Shown piece by piece: positions 53,705 through 64,000 of a stretch of DNA of 64,000 nt; position 1 is the first letter of the stretch; each line of letters starts with the position of its first letter. The position numbers and the translations under genes are program-made. Location: contig OY970166.1 of NCBI GenBank assembly GCA_963706595.1, positions 288,001 through 352,000 of the forward strand. Direction: 5' to 3'. This DNA is from an uncultured cyanobacterium. Its GTDB lineage: Bacteria > Cyanobacteriota > Cyanobacteriia > Cyanobacteriales > Nostocaceae. Below the pieces are notes generated by a model. The model was not told the origin of the DNA, made no database searches, and saw only the letters and a list, made by a program, of their open reading frames with translations.

Positions 53705-55181
53705 ATGAAAGCAATTATGGTAGTGGGAACAACATCCCACGCAGGGAAATCACTGATAAGTACAGCTATCTGTCGCATTTTATCGCGCCGTGGTTGGCGA
53801 GTGGCTCCCTTTAAAGGTCAAAATATGGCTTTGAATGCTTATGTCACTGCTAATGGGGGAGAAATTGGTTATGCTCAAGCAGTGCAAGCTTGGGCGGCTG
53901 GAGTGATTCCTTCGGTAGAAATGAACCCGATTTTACTCAAACCCCAAGGAGATATGACATCCCAAGTCATTATCAAAGGTAGAGCTGTAGGCAGAGTCAA
54001 AGCTTCTGATTATTACGAACAATACTTTGATATTGGTTGGCAGGCAATACAAGAATCTCTCAAACATTTATCCACAGAGTATGATTTGCTAGTTTGTGAA
54101 GGCGCAGGTAGTCCGGCGGAGATTAACCTCAAGCACCGCGACTTGACCAATATGCGGATAGCAAAATATTTGAATGCACCAACTATATTAGTAGTTGATA
54201 TTGACCGTGGTGGCGCTTTTGCCCATGTCGTCGGGACTCTAGAGTTACTAGAACCAGAAGAACGCGAATTAATTAAAGGTATAGTAATTAACAAATTCCG
54301 GGGACAGCGATCGCTCTTAGAACCGGGAATCAAATGGTTGGAAGAACGGATTGGTATCCCTGTTGTTGGTGTTATTCCTTATTTTCAAGAAGTATTTCCC
54401 GCAGAAGACTCTCTTGACTTGCTAGAACAGTAAGTCATCAAAAACCAATAGTGAACTCAATATCACCGTCATTCGCTTACCAAGAATTGCCAACTTTACT
54501 GATTTTGACCCCTTGGAATCAGAACCAACTGTCTCAGTCAAATATATTAGTCCCAAACAAGATTTAGGACATCCTGATGCCGTGATTATTCCAGGGTCAA
54601 AAACCACAATTAATGACTTGCTATTGATGCAAAAAACTGGGATGGCAGAAGCGATTCAAAATTATGCAGCTTCTGGTGGTACAGTCTTGGGTATTTGCGG
54701 TGGCTACCAAATGCTGGGGCAAATTATCGCTGATCCCGAAGGGGTAGAAGGACAAGCCGGGAGATTTCAGGGATTAAATCTCTTACCCATTAGAACCGTA
54801 ATTACCGGCCAAAAAATCGCCCGCCAGCGCCAAGTTAGCTCAAATTTTCCCCAGATGGGCTTACCAGTGAATGGGTTTGAAATCCACCAAGGGCGATCGC
54901 GTCTAGAACAACAAGAAAATACCCAAGCTTTCCAACCTTTATTTGATGATGCTAATTTAGGGTTAGTCGATAGCTGTCAATCTATTTGGGGTACATATCT
55001 CCACGGACTTTTTGATAACGGACCTTGGCGACGTGCTTGGTTAAATCGCTTACGTCAACAACGAGGCTTGAAATCTTTACCCACTGGTGTTGCTAACTAT
55101 CGGGAACAGCGAGAACAAATTTTAGACCACCTCGCCACAGAAGTTGAAACCCATTTAGACTTAAAGCCCTTTTTACCTTAG
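53705..55181 (+). CDS. cobQ: Cobyric acid synthase, +1 frameshift near 54429
   Basis: GTTSHAGKS, PFKGQNMALN, EGAGSPAEINL (ORF1); RIANFTDFDPL, GICGGYQMLG, GTYLHG (shifted frame). Confidence 0.93.
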
Positions 55182-55199
55182 TTAGATAGACTATTATTC

Positions 55200-55439
55200 A
55201 TGACTATTCGCGTCCGCTTTTTACCCGATGATGTTACTGTTGATGCCGAAGTGGGAGAACCCCTGTTAGATGTAGCAGAACGGGCTGGGGTGTTTATTCC
55301 CACCGGTTGTCTCATGGGTTCTTGTCACGCTTGCACAGTAGAACTGCAAAATGGAGATGTCATTCGCGCTTGTCTTTCATCAGTATCACCAGGGCGCGAA
55401 GAAATCACAATTAATTTGTATAGTGACCCAACTTGGTAA
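55200..55439 (+). CDS. Small 2Fe-2S ferredoxin-like protein
   Basis: PTGCLMGSCHAC..IRAC. Confidence 0.92.
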   Translation: MTIRVRFLPDDVTVDAEVGEPLLDVAERAGVFIPTGCLMGSCHACTVELQNGDVIRACLSSVSPGREEITINLYSDPTW

Positions 55440-55492
55440 TGTTTTAATATCTGTTTACGTTTGGATAAATATCTATCCAAATTATTAAAACA

Positions 55493-55705
55493 ATGGCCAA
55501 GAAAATTCGAGAACTTAAGCAAATGCTTCGCCAAGGTGGTTTTACAGAAATCCCAGGCAAAGGAAGTCATACTAACTGGGTGCATCCCTTATATACTGGA
55601 AAAATCACGATTTCAGGCAAAGACGGAGCCGATGCTAAACGCTACCAAGAGAAGGAAGTAAAACAAGCAATTGAGAAAGTCGAAGGGAAAAAACAAGATG
55701 AATAA
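55493..55705 (+). CDS. hicA: HicA family toxin
   Basis: ELKQML..GF..GKGSHTNWVHP. Confidence 0.9.
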   Translation: MAKKIRELKQMLRQGGFTEIPGKGSHTNWVHPLYTGKITISGKDGADAKRYQEKEVKQAIEKVEGKKQDE

Positions 55706-55916
55706 TCTCAAATACCAAATGGTTATTCAATGGTCAGAGTCAGATAATTGCTTTTTGGTAGCATTCCCAGATTTTCCCGGACAAGAATGGCGAACTCATG
55801 GGGAAACTTACCAAGAAGCAGTAGCCAACGGCATTGAAGCCTTAGAATCTCTGATTATTGCTTATGAAGCTACGGGCGATACACTACCAGAACCAACAGT
55901 GTGTAACGCCGCATAG
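55698..55916 (+). CDS. hicB: HicB family antitoxin
   Basis: IQWSESDNCFLVAFPDF..THGETYQEAVANG.EAL; overlaps the hicA stop. Confidence 0.9.
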   Translation: MNNLKYQMVIQWSESDNCFLVAFPDFPGQEWRTHGETYQEAVANGIEALESLIIAYEATGDTLPEPTVCNAA

Positions 55917-55949
55917 CTGCAAATTGCAAAAGGTAGTTAGATAACAGTC

Positions 55950-56396
55950 TTAACTATTAGACTTGACATTCAAAGCATATTCTTTGAACCTTTCTAAGTC
56001 AGCTTGAATAGTAGACTCTACTACCCGACCCAAAAACAAATTATCCATAATTTTGCCAATCAGCCCAGGAATAGCATAGGAAATAGTCATTTTAACAATG
56101 CTACTACCGTGGCGATCGTAAAAGCGAATTGCTCCCTGATTCGGCAAACCATCAACCGATTCCCATTGAATAATTTGCTGTTTGACAACTTTCAACATCC
56201 GGGATTTCCACTTAAATTCCAGACCATTAGTGCTGAGTTTCCATAAAGATATATCTGGATTCTCTGGCGAAATCTTCACCGAATCAATCCACTTCATCCA
56301 ACGGGGCATTTGCTCTAAATCAGACCACAGACCCCATACTAATTCTATGGGAGCTTCTACTTCAATCTGCACACTATGCTCTAACCACTCTGCCAT
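55950..56396 (-). CDS. SRPBCC/polyketide cyclase-like protein
   Basis: VWGLWSDLEQMPRWM, IQWESVDGLPNQGAIRF, DLERFK; downstream of zds. Confidence 0.9.
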   Translation of the reverse strand: MAEWLEHSVQIEVEAPIELVWGLWSDLEQMPRWMKWIDSVKISPENPDISLWKLSTNGLEFKWKSRMLKVVKQQIIQWESVDGLPNQGAIRFYDRHGSSIVKMTISYAIPGLIGKIMDNLFLGRVVESTIQADLERFKEYALNVKSNS

Positions 56397-56437
56397 TTTA
56401 TTTTCCTTTGCTTGGTGTGTGTGCCTAGTGCGGTTGG

Positions 56438-57901
56438 TTATTTCTTCACCCTTCGACTACGCTCAGGGTCAACGTTCTCTAAAATCACTTTTGCCGCACG
56501 TCGTCCAGATATAGTTGCTCCTTCCATGCTGTCGATGTAATCTTGCTGAGTATAACTACCTGCTAAAAAGAAATTATCCACTGGCGTTTTTTGGTCAGGG
56601 CGGAAAAGGTCCATCCCTGGCGCTTCCCGGTAGAGAGATTTCGCCAGTTTTACGACACTATACCAAGTCATGTTCAGTTCTCGCGATGAAGGGAACAGTT
56701 CATGAACTTGTTTAAGGACGTGTTGCGCGATCGCCTCATTACTTTGTTTAATAAAAGGATCTCCCGGTGTGAGTACCAGCTGTAACAACGATCCTTCGCC
56801 GGGGCGATAATAATCACTGGGACTAGCCAAAGCCAAATCAGCAAAACAAGAAAAATCAGCATCGGCGGTATAAAGCAAATTATCTATCCCCGCCGCATGA
56901 TTTAACTGTTTGCGTTGCGCTTCATCTTGCAGTTCCGTCACCCAGCCATCAAATCGCAGTTGTACTGTGGCGACTGGAACGGCATCCAATTTATAAATAT
57001 TGTCAAATTCTGACCATTTACGCCACTCTTGGGGTAATATGCGCTGAATCCCTGGGACATCACAAGCAAAGACGTAAGCATCAGCCGTAATAATTTCTGT
57101 GGTGTCACCTTGGGCAACTGCTATGCCAGTGACGTGAGTTTGTTCGCCTGATTCGGTGAATTGAATTTCCCGGACTTGGCGACGCGTATAAACTTGAGCG
57201 CCTCTAGCTTCTAAATATTTGAGAATAGGCTGGTGCAAATACTCATTCGGGGAACCCTCCAGCATTCGCATAATTGAGGCTTCAGTTTTACACGCAAAAA
57301 ACTGGAAGATTGTCAACATACAACGGGCAGAAATATGATCACAATCAATAAATCCCAAAGCATAAGCAATGGGATTCCACATTCGTTTAATGCTGCCTTC
57401 ACTACCGCCGTGACTGCGGAACCATTGGGCAAAACTAACGTTATCTAAGGTGCGGATAATTTTCATTGCCCCGTTGAAGTCTACTAACCCCCGAACTATG
57501 GGGCTAGTACCCAAGGCGATCGCATTTTGTAGTTTATCTTGTAATGACAGTTGAGAAGTTGTAAAAAATGCCTTTAATCCATTGAAAGGCGCACCGGTAA
57601 AGAAGCGAAAATCTAATGTCCCGGTGCGTCCTCCTTTATTAATAAAGGTGTGGGTATGTTCTTTCAGGCGTAAATTTGACAACGCCCCCACTTTTTCCAT
57701 TAACTCAAATAGCTGGTAGTAGCACCCAAAAAATACGTGCAACCCCATTTCAATATGGTTGCCATCATCATCCACCCAACTACTGACTTTACCACCAACA
57801 AATGGACGGGACTCAAAAATTTGGACTTCACAGCCAGCATCAGCCAAATCTACTGCGGTTGCTAGCCCAGCCAGTCCCGCACCCACTATTGCAACACGCA
57901 T
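56438..57901 (-). CDS. zds: Zeta-carotene desaturase (CrtQ)
   Basis: [46 protein letters not shown]. Confidence 0.96.
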   Translation of the reverse strand: MRVAIVGAGLAGLATAVDLADAGCEVQIFESRPFVGGKVSSWVDDDGNHIEMGLHVFFGCYYQLFELMEKVGALSNLRLKEHTHTFINKGGRTGTLDFRFFTGAPFNGLKAFFTTSQLSLQDKLQNAIALGTSPIVRGLVDFNGAMKIIRTLDNVSFAQWFRSHGGSEGSIKRMWNPIAYALGFIDCDHISARCMLTIFQFFACKTEASIMRMLEGSPNEYLHQPILKYLEARGAQVYTRRQVREIQFTESGEQTHVTGIAVAQGDTTEIITADAYVFACDVPGIQRILPQEWRKWSEFDNIYKLDAVPVATVQLRFDGWVTELQDEAQRKQLNHAAGIDNLLYTADADFSCFADLALASPSDYYRPGEGSLLQLVLTPGDPFIKQSNEAIAQHVLKQVHELFPSSRELNMTWYSVVKLAKSLYREAPGMDLFRPDQKTPVDNFFLAGSYTQQDYIDSMEGATISGRRAAKVILENVDPERSRRVKK

Positions 57902-58188
57902 TATTCCATCTTACCTTTTCAGTTTCTTTACAGATTGTAACTGGGTTAGCGTCGGAATTGGCTATTGATATCAAGTTCACTATTGCGTCAAGCCACAACA
58001 GCGTCATGCCATCTGGTGATAGGTTTACCTTTATTCATCCTGGGAATTTTGGCAACTCACTAGATAAACTTGTGCCAAAGCGTTTTTACTTGGAATACAA
58101 ACTTTAGTCAGTGAATATTGACTAAAGAAACATAACAAGTCTATTTTGCTGATCAATTGATCATCTACGAAGCAGTAAAACTAGATCC

Positions 58189-58359
58189 CTACTTGTTTGC
58201 TTCCTTACTGTCATCTGATACATTTAGCCCTCTAATTAGTTCGCGAATTACATCTGTAGCCGGTCTACCTGTTTGCTGACAATATTTTTCTAGTTTTTCT
58301 GCTTCCTGTGTTGCTAAATTAACAGTTATACGTTTTACGGCCCATTTTTTATTAGTCAT
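58189..58359 (-). CDS. CopG/ribbon-helix-helix small DNA-binding protein (56 aa)
   Basis: Manual translation: MTNKKWAVKRITVNLATQEAEKLEKYCQQTGRPATDVIRELIRGL.. Confidence 0.88.
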   Translation of the reverse strand: MTNKKWAVKRITVNLATQEAEKLEKYCQQTGRPATDVIRELIRGLNVSDDSKEANK

Positions 58360-58515
58360 TATCATGCAATCTGCTGTATGTTGACACCATCAAAAAGAAC
58401 AATTAACTCAAGATTAAGACGATAAGATTATCAGAGTTTGTGTCAAGAAACAAGCAATGCCATTAGCACTAAAAAAGTCATCTTTGTTAAATGTCTTGAT
58501 CATTGCCTAATGAAA

Positions 58516-58665
58516 TATAGTAATCCGATTTGATTTCTGTTCGCGTAGCGTGGCGTAGCCATATTTATTTGCGTAGGTGGGGAGTGGGGAGTGGCGAGTG
58601 GGGAGTGGGGAATAACCTTTTTGTGTTATGCCGAGATTGTTTAAAAATCACATAGGAGTCCTATA
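58516..58665. mobile_element. MITE (150 bp) with imperfect 21-bp terminal inverted repeats and TA termini, containing nested small repeats
   Basis: TATAGTAATCCGATTTGATTT vs reverse complement of right end TATAGGACTCCTATGTGATTT (17/21). Confidence 0.72.
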
Positions 58666-59684
58666 TAAGATTAGAATTAGCATGGTGACAGCAGAGATAT
58701 CTCAAACTCTGTGATCAACACACAAGGTCTTCATCAAAACCTGACTAAATAGTTCCACACGCTTATGTAATCCGTCATTAACAGGATACAAGGCAGCCCC
58801 AACTGATCACAACTACCGAATTACGTAAAGCCTGCTACATATTTCGGCTGAAAGCTAAAGCTCCGCTAACACTTAGTGTGCTGGAGGCATAAGCTCCTCG
58901 CTCTTCGGAGCTTTCCGCAGAAAAAGGAACATTATCAATTACAAATTACTGTAGCTATTATCCTGACGTTTTTGATAAATTCGCTGAGTGTTTTTTATTT
59001 TTAGCTGCGGATAATAGCTTGTTTAATCCCAGCATTCTGTCGCTTCATCATCTTAATTACATTGGATTGATTACCCATAATATTATCTTTCATACTTAAT
59101 CGTTACATAAACTTGATCAATTTCCTAAAACTTTATGCTTACCACAAGTGGAACAAGTGTAAATTTATGATCAAAGTCCTCCTTAAGTAGGACGAAGCTT
59201 TTTTGTGAATAAGTTCCCTTTTAAAAGAATGTTGGCTGTATTTTTTGTATGGTACGGCTATTATAACCATGAATTTTATACTTTCAATAAACTTTATCGC
59301 CAGATGATTAAAGTAAATTTTTAGGGTTTATAAAAAAAACATGAAGAAAAAGTATGATATCTAAATTTTTACTTAATTCTGTTGACTGATTATGCTCGGT
59401 AATTGCTAAAAAATCAGCCAAAACAACTTTTTGGTTGAGCATTCAACGGTTTTTACGCAACTTAATTTGCTGATAAATCAACCAAAAGATATAACAAGAT
59501 ACGTAGTTTATGAAATTATGATAAAGTAACAAATTATATATGCCCCAAGCTTTGGACGTATCTGGTTACAGCATCTAAAAATTAGCTGGGAATATGTACT
59601 CTAGTGATCATGAAAAACCACAGATAAATCACAAATAACCGCGATTGAGAGAAAATTTATTTTTATCTGTGGTGATGGCTGCAT

Positions 59685-61325
59685 TTAAAGTTGTGGCATG
59701 AGTTGGAGAGTGCCGAGACCTAAATCTTGAGGTGAAAGCGATCGCACTTCAAATAAAGCCATCATATCTCGCAATTGGGGATTACCACGGTACGCTCCTG
59801 TTAGTCCTTTGGCAATAATCAAACCACAGTAGCCCTTGGTATTTTTACAGCGCTGATTCCATTTTTTGCGGGCTTCTCGATGAGTCGGATCATCATCCGA
59901 AAATTCACCGAACAAGAACAACTCATCATCTTCAGTTTGCAACAAACCCAAATCGTAGCGATCGCCATCAAAAGGATCAGCACCTGGATTAAAACAAATT
60001 GCCTTGAGTCCGCCGGCTGCGGCAATATTTTCAATCACTGTTTTCGCCTTCGGTCGCGAGGTTTGAATTAAAATTACTGGTAATCCGTCACCAACTTTTG
60101 CTATTTCACCAGCTTGATGAGTTTGCACACTCTGACGCAAGGAATCTAGCATTTCCCAAGATATTACTCCCAAACTGAGAAACGCATCTTCTGGGATTAA
60201 GTCGTCTCGCAAGGAAGAAAAATCAGATGAGTCTTCCTCTCCCATTTCTAGCTCTTCGAGATCAAAACCTGCCATTTCCTCTAATTCTGCTGCTAAATCC
60301 GGCATAGTAGAGACAGTCACAGACAAAGGTTTAATTGATTCTGACTCTGATTTAGGAGGAGAAATGCGATAGCGACGGCTCAAATGAGGAAAAGTCTCAC
60401 TATCCAACTGGCTGTGGTAATCGCGGATAAAGCGGTTCAGACTCTCTAAAGCCACAAAGACTGCAAGTGCCTCTTCCTCATATAAAACAGAGCGCAAACC
60501 TTCTAAAGGGTGGATATTACCGAAACTTGGCTCAATCTCCGATATGGGCAGATCGGTTAAATCTTCATCTTCATCCATTTCATCCTCGTCCATTTCATCT
60601 TCACTTTCAAAAGTCAGAAACAGACAATCTTGTTTGAGAAAAGCTTCTTCTAAATTTCCTTGTAATTCATCGTCCTGTAAAACTGCTGCCCGAAACTGCT
60701 TCAGTGAATCTTCTGAGCGATAAAATAAAATCCCATACTCCATGCCTAGCATCCCCATTACCGAGGCGTAGAGTGTACCCACATCCCAATTGTTAATTTC
60801 TATTGATAAGATTTGCTGTTCTTCTAAAAATTCCCAAGGAGCAGTCTGCCAAAGAGCCAAGGCTTTATCATGCAAAGCTTGTGCATACTGGGGAGGTAAA
60901 TCGGGAACTTGGTTTTCCAAGATTTCCGTAAACCCCCGAAATAGTTCATCAATTAAGGGCAGTTCGGGAACGTAATCAATGGCAATATCCAAATCTTGCA
61001 GCACACCGCGCAGGTAAAACTGAATTTCCCGGTCTTTGACGACAATCTTTTGGGGTCTGGCGGGTTTACCAGGACTGTGGGGATGCTCCATTGCGCGCAT
61101 TAAGGTGCGAACAATTGCTTCTGGGCCTGTTTCAGGAGATACCACGTCCATGCTGCGGACAACCCCCTGTGAACCATCTACCCAAAGGATACATTCACCC
61201 TGGGAGTCCGAGTCTGTATCCTGGGTGGGTGATGATGACATTGGACGGCGATCGCCCTCCCATACAGAAGGAATTTGAGTTAATGTCTTCAACCGACGAC
61301 TGGTAGAGCGATTAAAACTTGTCAT
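59685..61325 (-). CDS. Conserved cyanobacterial hypothetical protein (DUF6930-like)
   Basis: 546-aa ORF; SVWEGDRR, APWEFL, SVMGMLGMEYG. Confidence 0.85.
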   Translation of the reverse strand: MTSFNRSTSRRLKTLTQIPSVWEGDRRPMSSSPTQDTDSDSQGECILWVDGSQGVVRSMDVVSPETGPEAIVRTLMRAMEHPHSPGKPARPQKIVVKDREIQFYLRGVLQDLDIAIDYVPELPLIDELFRGFTEILENQVPDLPPQYAQALHDKALALWQTAPWEFLEEQQILSIEINNWDVGTLYASVMGMLGMEYGILFYRSEDSLKQFRAAVLQDDELQGNLEEAFLKQDCLFLTFESEDEMDEDEMDEDEDLTDLPISEIEPSFGNIHPLEGLRSVLYEEEALAVFVALESLNRFIRDYHSQLDSETFPHLSRRYRISPPKSESESIKPLSVTVSTMPDLAAELEEMAGFDLEELEMGEEDSSDFSSLRDDLIPEDAFLSLGVISWEMLDSLRQSVQTHQAGEIAKVGDGLPVILIQTSRPKAKTVIENIAAAGGLKAICFNPGADPFDGDRYDLGLLQTEDDELFLFGEFSDDDPTHREARKKWNQRCKNTKGYCGLIIAKGLTGAYRGNPQLRDMMALFEVRSLSPQDLGLGTLQLMPQL

Positions 61326-61659
61326 AGAGTAGGTTAATCAAAAAGAAGCAATTTGGCAGTAAACTAGGAGGAATAACTAGCACAGATCGGCGTAAAATCT
61401 TCTTGGCTACACCTGAAGAGTGATTGCAACTGGTGCTTGCCACAAGGCTTAAACTCCAAAAATACCGAATCCCTAAATACACCGAATCTCTCAATTCTAG
61501 AATAAAAAGTCTTGGCTGCTTTTGACCAAGTATTTACAATTTGGCAACTAACGATCTCAATATCGCTAGAATTAAAACAAAAACTAAAGGGTGCAGCAAC
61601 GATAATCAAAAACCTCACCCAGACACCGGTTAGACCACTTAAGGAGTTGAAACAGCAAA

Positions 61660-62016
61660 ATGACACAAGTAACTCAGTCCCAAAAACGTGGAATTCAACT
61701 TAGCCAATCAGCTTTGCTCCAGGTAAAATCCTTGCAACAAAAGCAAGGTAACGAACTATGCTTACGAGTCGGAGTCCGTCAAGGTGGTTGTTCGGGAATG
61801 TCTTACATGATGGACTTTGAGGATACCAGCAAGATCACTCCCCAGGATGAAGTTTTCGATTACGATGGCTTCAAAATTGTTTGTGATGGCAAAAGCTTAT
61901 TATACCTCTATGGTTTAATGCTCGATTATAGCGATGCCATGATTGGCGGTGGTTTCCAATTCACTAACCCCAATGCTGCCCAAACCTGTGGTTGCGGCAA
62001 GTCCTTTGGAGTGTAA
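61660..62016 (+). CDS. iscA: Fe-S cluster assembly A-type carrier (HesB/IscA)
   Basis: [29 protein letters not shown]. Confidence 0.93.
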   Translation: MTQVTQSQKRGIQLSQSALLQVKSLQQKQGNELCLRVGVRQGGCSGMSYMMDFEDTSKITPQDEVFDYDGFKIVCDGKSLLYLYGLMLDYSDAMIGGGFQFTNPNAAQTCGCGKSFGV

Positions 62017-62078
62017 TATGATCAGTGGTCGGTTGTCAGTTGTGAATTACTCTTGATGACTGACTGCTAACTATTGAC

Positions 62079-62285
62079 CGAGAATAACGGGATACAAGCC
62101 CCGTCACTTCGACAAGCTCAGTACAAGCCTTTTAGGACGGCTTTCTGGTAAAATTGGAATATAGTCGCCATAGGGCATTGGGAGACTTTAAACGAACGTC
62201 GAGGGATGGTAAGACTATTTCGAGAGCATCGACCCAATGAAGCGTTAAGGAATCCTCTCTCCTTCAGGAAGAGGAGGTATGTCAA
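62079..62285 (+). mobile_element. Non-autonomous IS200/IS605-type mini-element, copy 2 (about 23-bp insertion in left-end hairpin)
   Basis: Matches 32866-33045; preceded by TTGAC; ends GTATGTCAA. Confidence 0.8.
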
Positions 62286-62309
62286 TATATAACTATTAAC
62301 TGATTTGCT

Positions 62310-62729
62310 ATGGCTCAAACAGTAGAATTCCTGTTTGATACAGGTTTGGAACGCTATAAAGCTGGCGAAGCCACCGAAACTTTGATACCTGTATTTAAAG
62401 AAGTGTGCGATCGCGCCCCCAAAACAAGTTCAGCTTGGATTTGTTTATCTTGGTTGTATTTACTAGAAGACAAACCCAACTTGGCTTACAAAGCGGCACA
62501 GAAGGCTGTAAAGTTAAATCCACAAGACCCACAAGCCAGAATTAATTTGGCTATGTCTATGTTGGAAACAGGTCAAAAAGGTTTGCGAGAACATATTGAA
62601 TTCGCCAAACAGTTAATTTTTGTCAACGAAGAATGGGAAAAAGACATAAAAGATAGCATTGCCGATGGTTTCAGCCGAAAACCAGATTGGCAGAGTTTGG
62701 CAAAAGTCAAAACCTGGCTATTTGAATAA
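62310..62729 (+). CDS. Small TPR protein
   Basis: AWICLSWLYLL..AAQKAVKLNPQDPQARINLA. Confidence 0.88.
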   Translation: MAQTVEFLFDTGLERYKAGEATETLIPVFKEVCDRAPKTSSAWICLSWLYLLEDKPNLAYKAAQKAVKLNPQDPQARINLAMSMLETGQKGLREHIEFAKQLIFVNEEWEKDIKDSIADGFSRKPDWQSLAKVKTWLFE

Positions 62730-62915
62730 CTAAACCCAGGAGTTAGGAGCTACTCCCTACTCCCCAGAAGAAGCAGGGGCGCACCGGAGCAGGGAGCAAG
62801 GGGGAGTAAGAAATTACTTTAAACTTCCGGTTACTTAACAACCGTTCCTCTTCTCCCCTGCTCCCTCCCCCTGCACCCGTTCCTCTTCTCCCCACTCCCC
62901 ACTCCCCACTCCCTG

Positions 62916-63158
62916 ATGAAAGAAAAATTATTAAACTGGCTAAACCTAGTTTTAGTGGCTGATGTATTTTTAGTTTTATTTGGCTTTATCTGGCTGGCGA
63001 TCGCGGCCATTGGCGATGCTGCGGGAGTAAACTTAGGTTTAGATTTATGGCATCAACTTTGGATGCCTGTGTTTAACCCCGCAATTGGCATCCTCATGGG
63101 TGGCGCTCTTCTTAGCGGTTTAGTCAGTTGGGTTTCTCGCAAATTCCAAGCTGAGTGA
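62916..63158 (+). CDS. Small membrane protein, hypothetical; stop codon supplied by the adjacent element end
   Basis: Two TM segments; LWMPVFNPAIGILMGGA. Confidence 0.82.
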   Translation: MKEKLLNWLNLVLVADVFLVLFGFIWLAIAAIGDAAGVNLGLDLWHQLWMPVFNPAIGILMGGALLSGLVSWVSRKFQAE

Positions 63159-63625
63159 CATACTCCTACACTGATGCAAGCATACAGTGTAGGCTTCTCA
63201 GCGACTCTTCTATGAAGACATTGACTGAGCTTTGTTTTAAGTCCACGAGAAGCCCCTCCGCAGACTATGCAATTTCTTACCTTGTACCCTACAAATTTTA
63301 CTGTCCTGGATGAGATGCTGGCTTATTCGCGCTATAGGACAAACCCGGAGGTGATCTGTATTAATCAAGATGTGCCTACTTGCTTCTATGCTGTGCAACG
63401 GAGTCGCTTACCAATAATCGTAATGCTATTGGACAGAGGCTTATCAGACACCAATATGGGTGAAGTCAACCAAATCGATTATACCAAATTTAAAATATTT
63501 TGCTCGTTTCCTCCGTGTCTCCCTTCCTCGCTGTCGCATTGGTCGGGAGACTGTCGTCAATTCACGCGCAATTCATCTCATCACTTCCGCTATCGTGTTA
63601 AGTGAGAGGCTTCTTGCTGTTTAAG
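63155..63625 (-). mobile_element. Second-family non-autonomous IS200/IS605-type element (471 bp), no intact transposase or TnpB
   Basis: Minus strand starts after TTTAG with a left hairpin (AGAAGCCTCTCACTT..AAGTGATGAGA) and ends AGAAGCCTACACTG..CAGTGTAGGAGTATGTCAC; removal restores GCT GAC TAA in the host gene. Confidence 0.78.
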
Positions 63626-63708
63626 CTAAAAGTTTGTAGTGAGGACTTTAGTCCTCTGTTCTTCTGTATTTAAAGCCACAGCTTCAGCACATAAATATCC
63701 GCAGAACT

Positions 63709-64000
63709 TCACCTAATAATTTGTGACAACGCTGGCAGTAAATCAGTGTATTCATACTTAAACCCGGCCTCTAAAGTCCGCTTAGGCATGACCTGTTGAC
63801 CTTCTAAAACTACCATCGCTCCATCTCCTAACAGCGCTTCCAGAGCAAACCCAGGAACAGGTAACCAAGAAGGACGCTGCATTACTTGTCCCAAAGTTTG
63901 GCTTAACTCTGCCATGGGGACAGGATGAGGGGCAGTAGCATTATATACGCCTTCCATTTTTGGGTTAGTTAAAGCCTGTAAAATTAAGTTTACTAAGTCA
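63709..64000 (-). CDS. TIGR01777-family epimerase-like protein, 3' part
   Basis: GVYNATAPHPV, RPSWLPVPGFALEALLGD..VVLEGQQVMP. Confidence 0.88.
   Translation of the reverse strand, partial: DLVNLILQALTNPKMEGVYNATAPHPVPMAELSQTLGQVMQRPSWLPVPGFALEALLGDGAMVVLEGQQVMPKRTLEAGFKYEYTDLLPALSQIIR

Noticed and set aside
54422..54440. Programmed frameshift or split cobQ
   Set aside because: No slippery sequence; fits the pattern of scattered single-base indels
63240..63280. CGCAGACTATG as a possible group I intron (IStron) core motif
   Set aside because: No matching P/Q/R/S set could be identified by eye
63267..63605. 112-aa plus-strand ORF
   Set aside because: Lies antisense within the IS605-type element and has no recognisable motifs

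Overview
Chromosomal segment of a filamentous heterocyst-forming cyanobacterium (Nostocales; inferred from many HIP1 GCGATCGC octamers, heptamer STRR tracts and the gene set). Core content, left to right: hmp chemotaxis-like motility locus (hmpE partial, D, C, B, A; divergent hmpF), tilS, two KGK genes, ccsA, DUF3352, tRNA-Leu(GAG), accC, yggT, psbX, ycf66, two TolB-like lipoproteins, sdhB, cyAbrB, ctaB/ctaA with coxBAC, hli, ald, cydAB, an ABC-2 exporter, bcp, cobQ, zds, iscA. Accessory content: three protein-less IS200/IS605-type mini-elements that appear to keep only the ends plus a TnpB-type omega/reRNA scaffold (two families); a REP-associated tyrosine transposase flanked by REP hairpins that also bracket a CHAT protease-STAND ATPase-TPR gene; an orphan three-repeat type III-like CRISPR array; VapBC and HicAB modules; decayed CHAT/ATPase fragments; and many small repeats, several inserted in-frame in proteins. 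Single-base frameshifts in four unrelated conserved genes suggest assembly indel errors. All calls come from reading motifs and translations by eye; no database searches were run.
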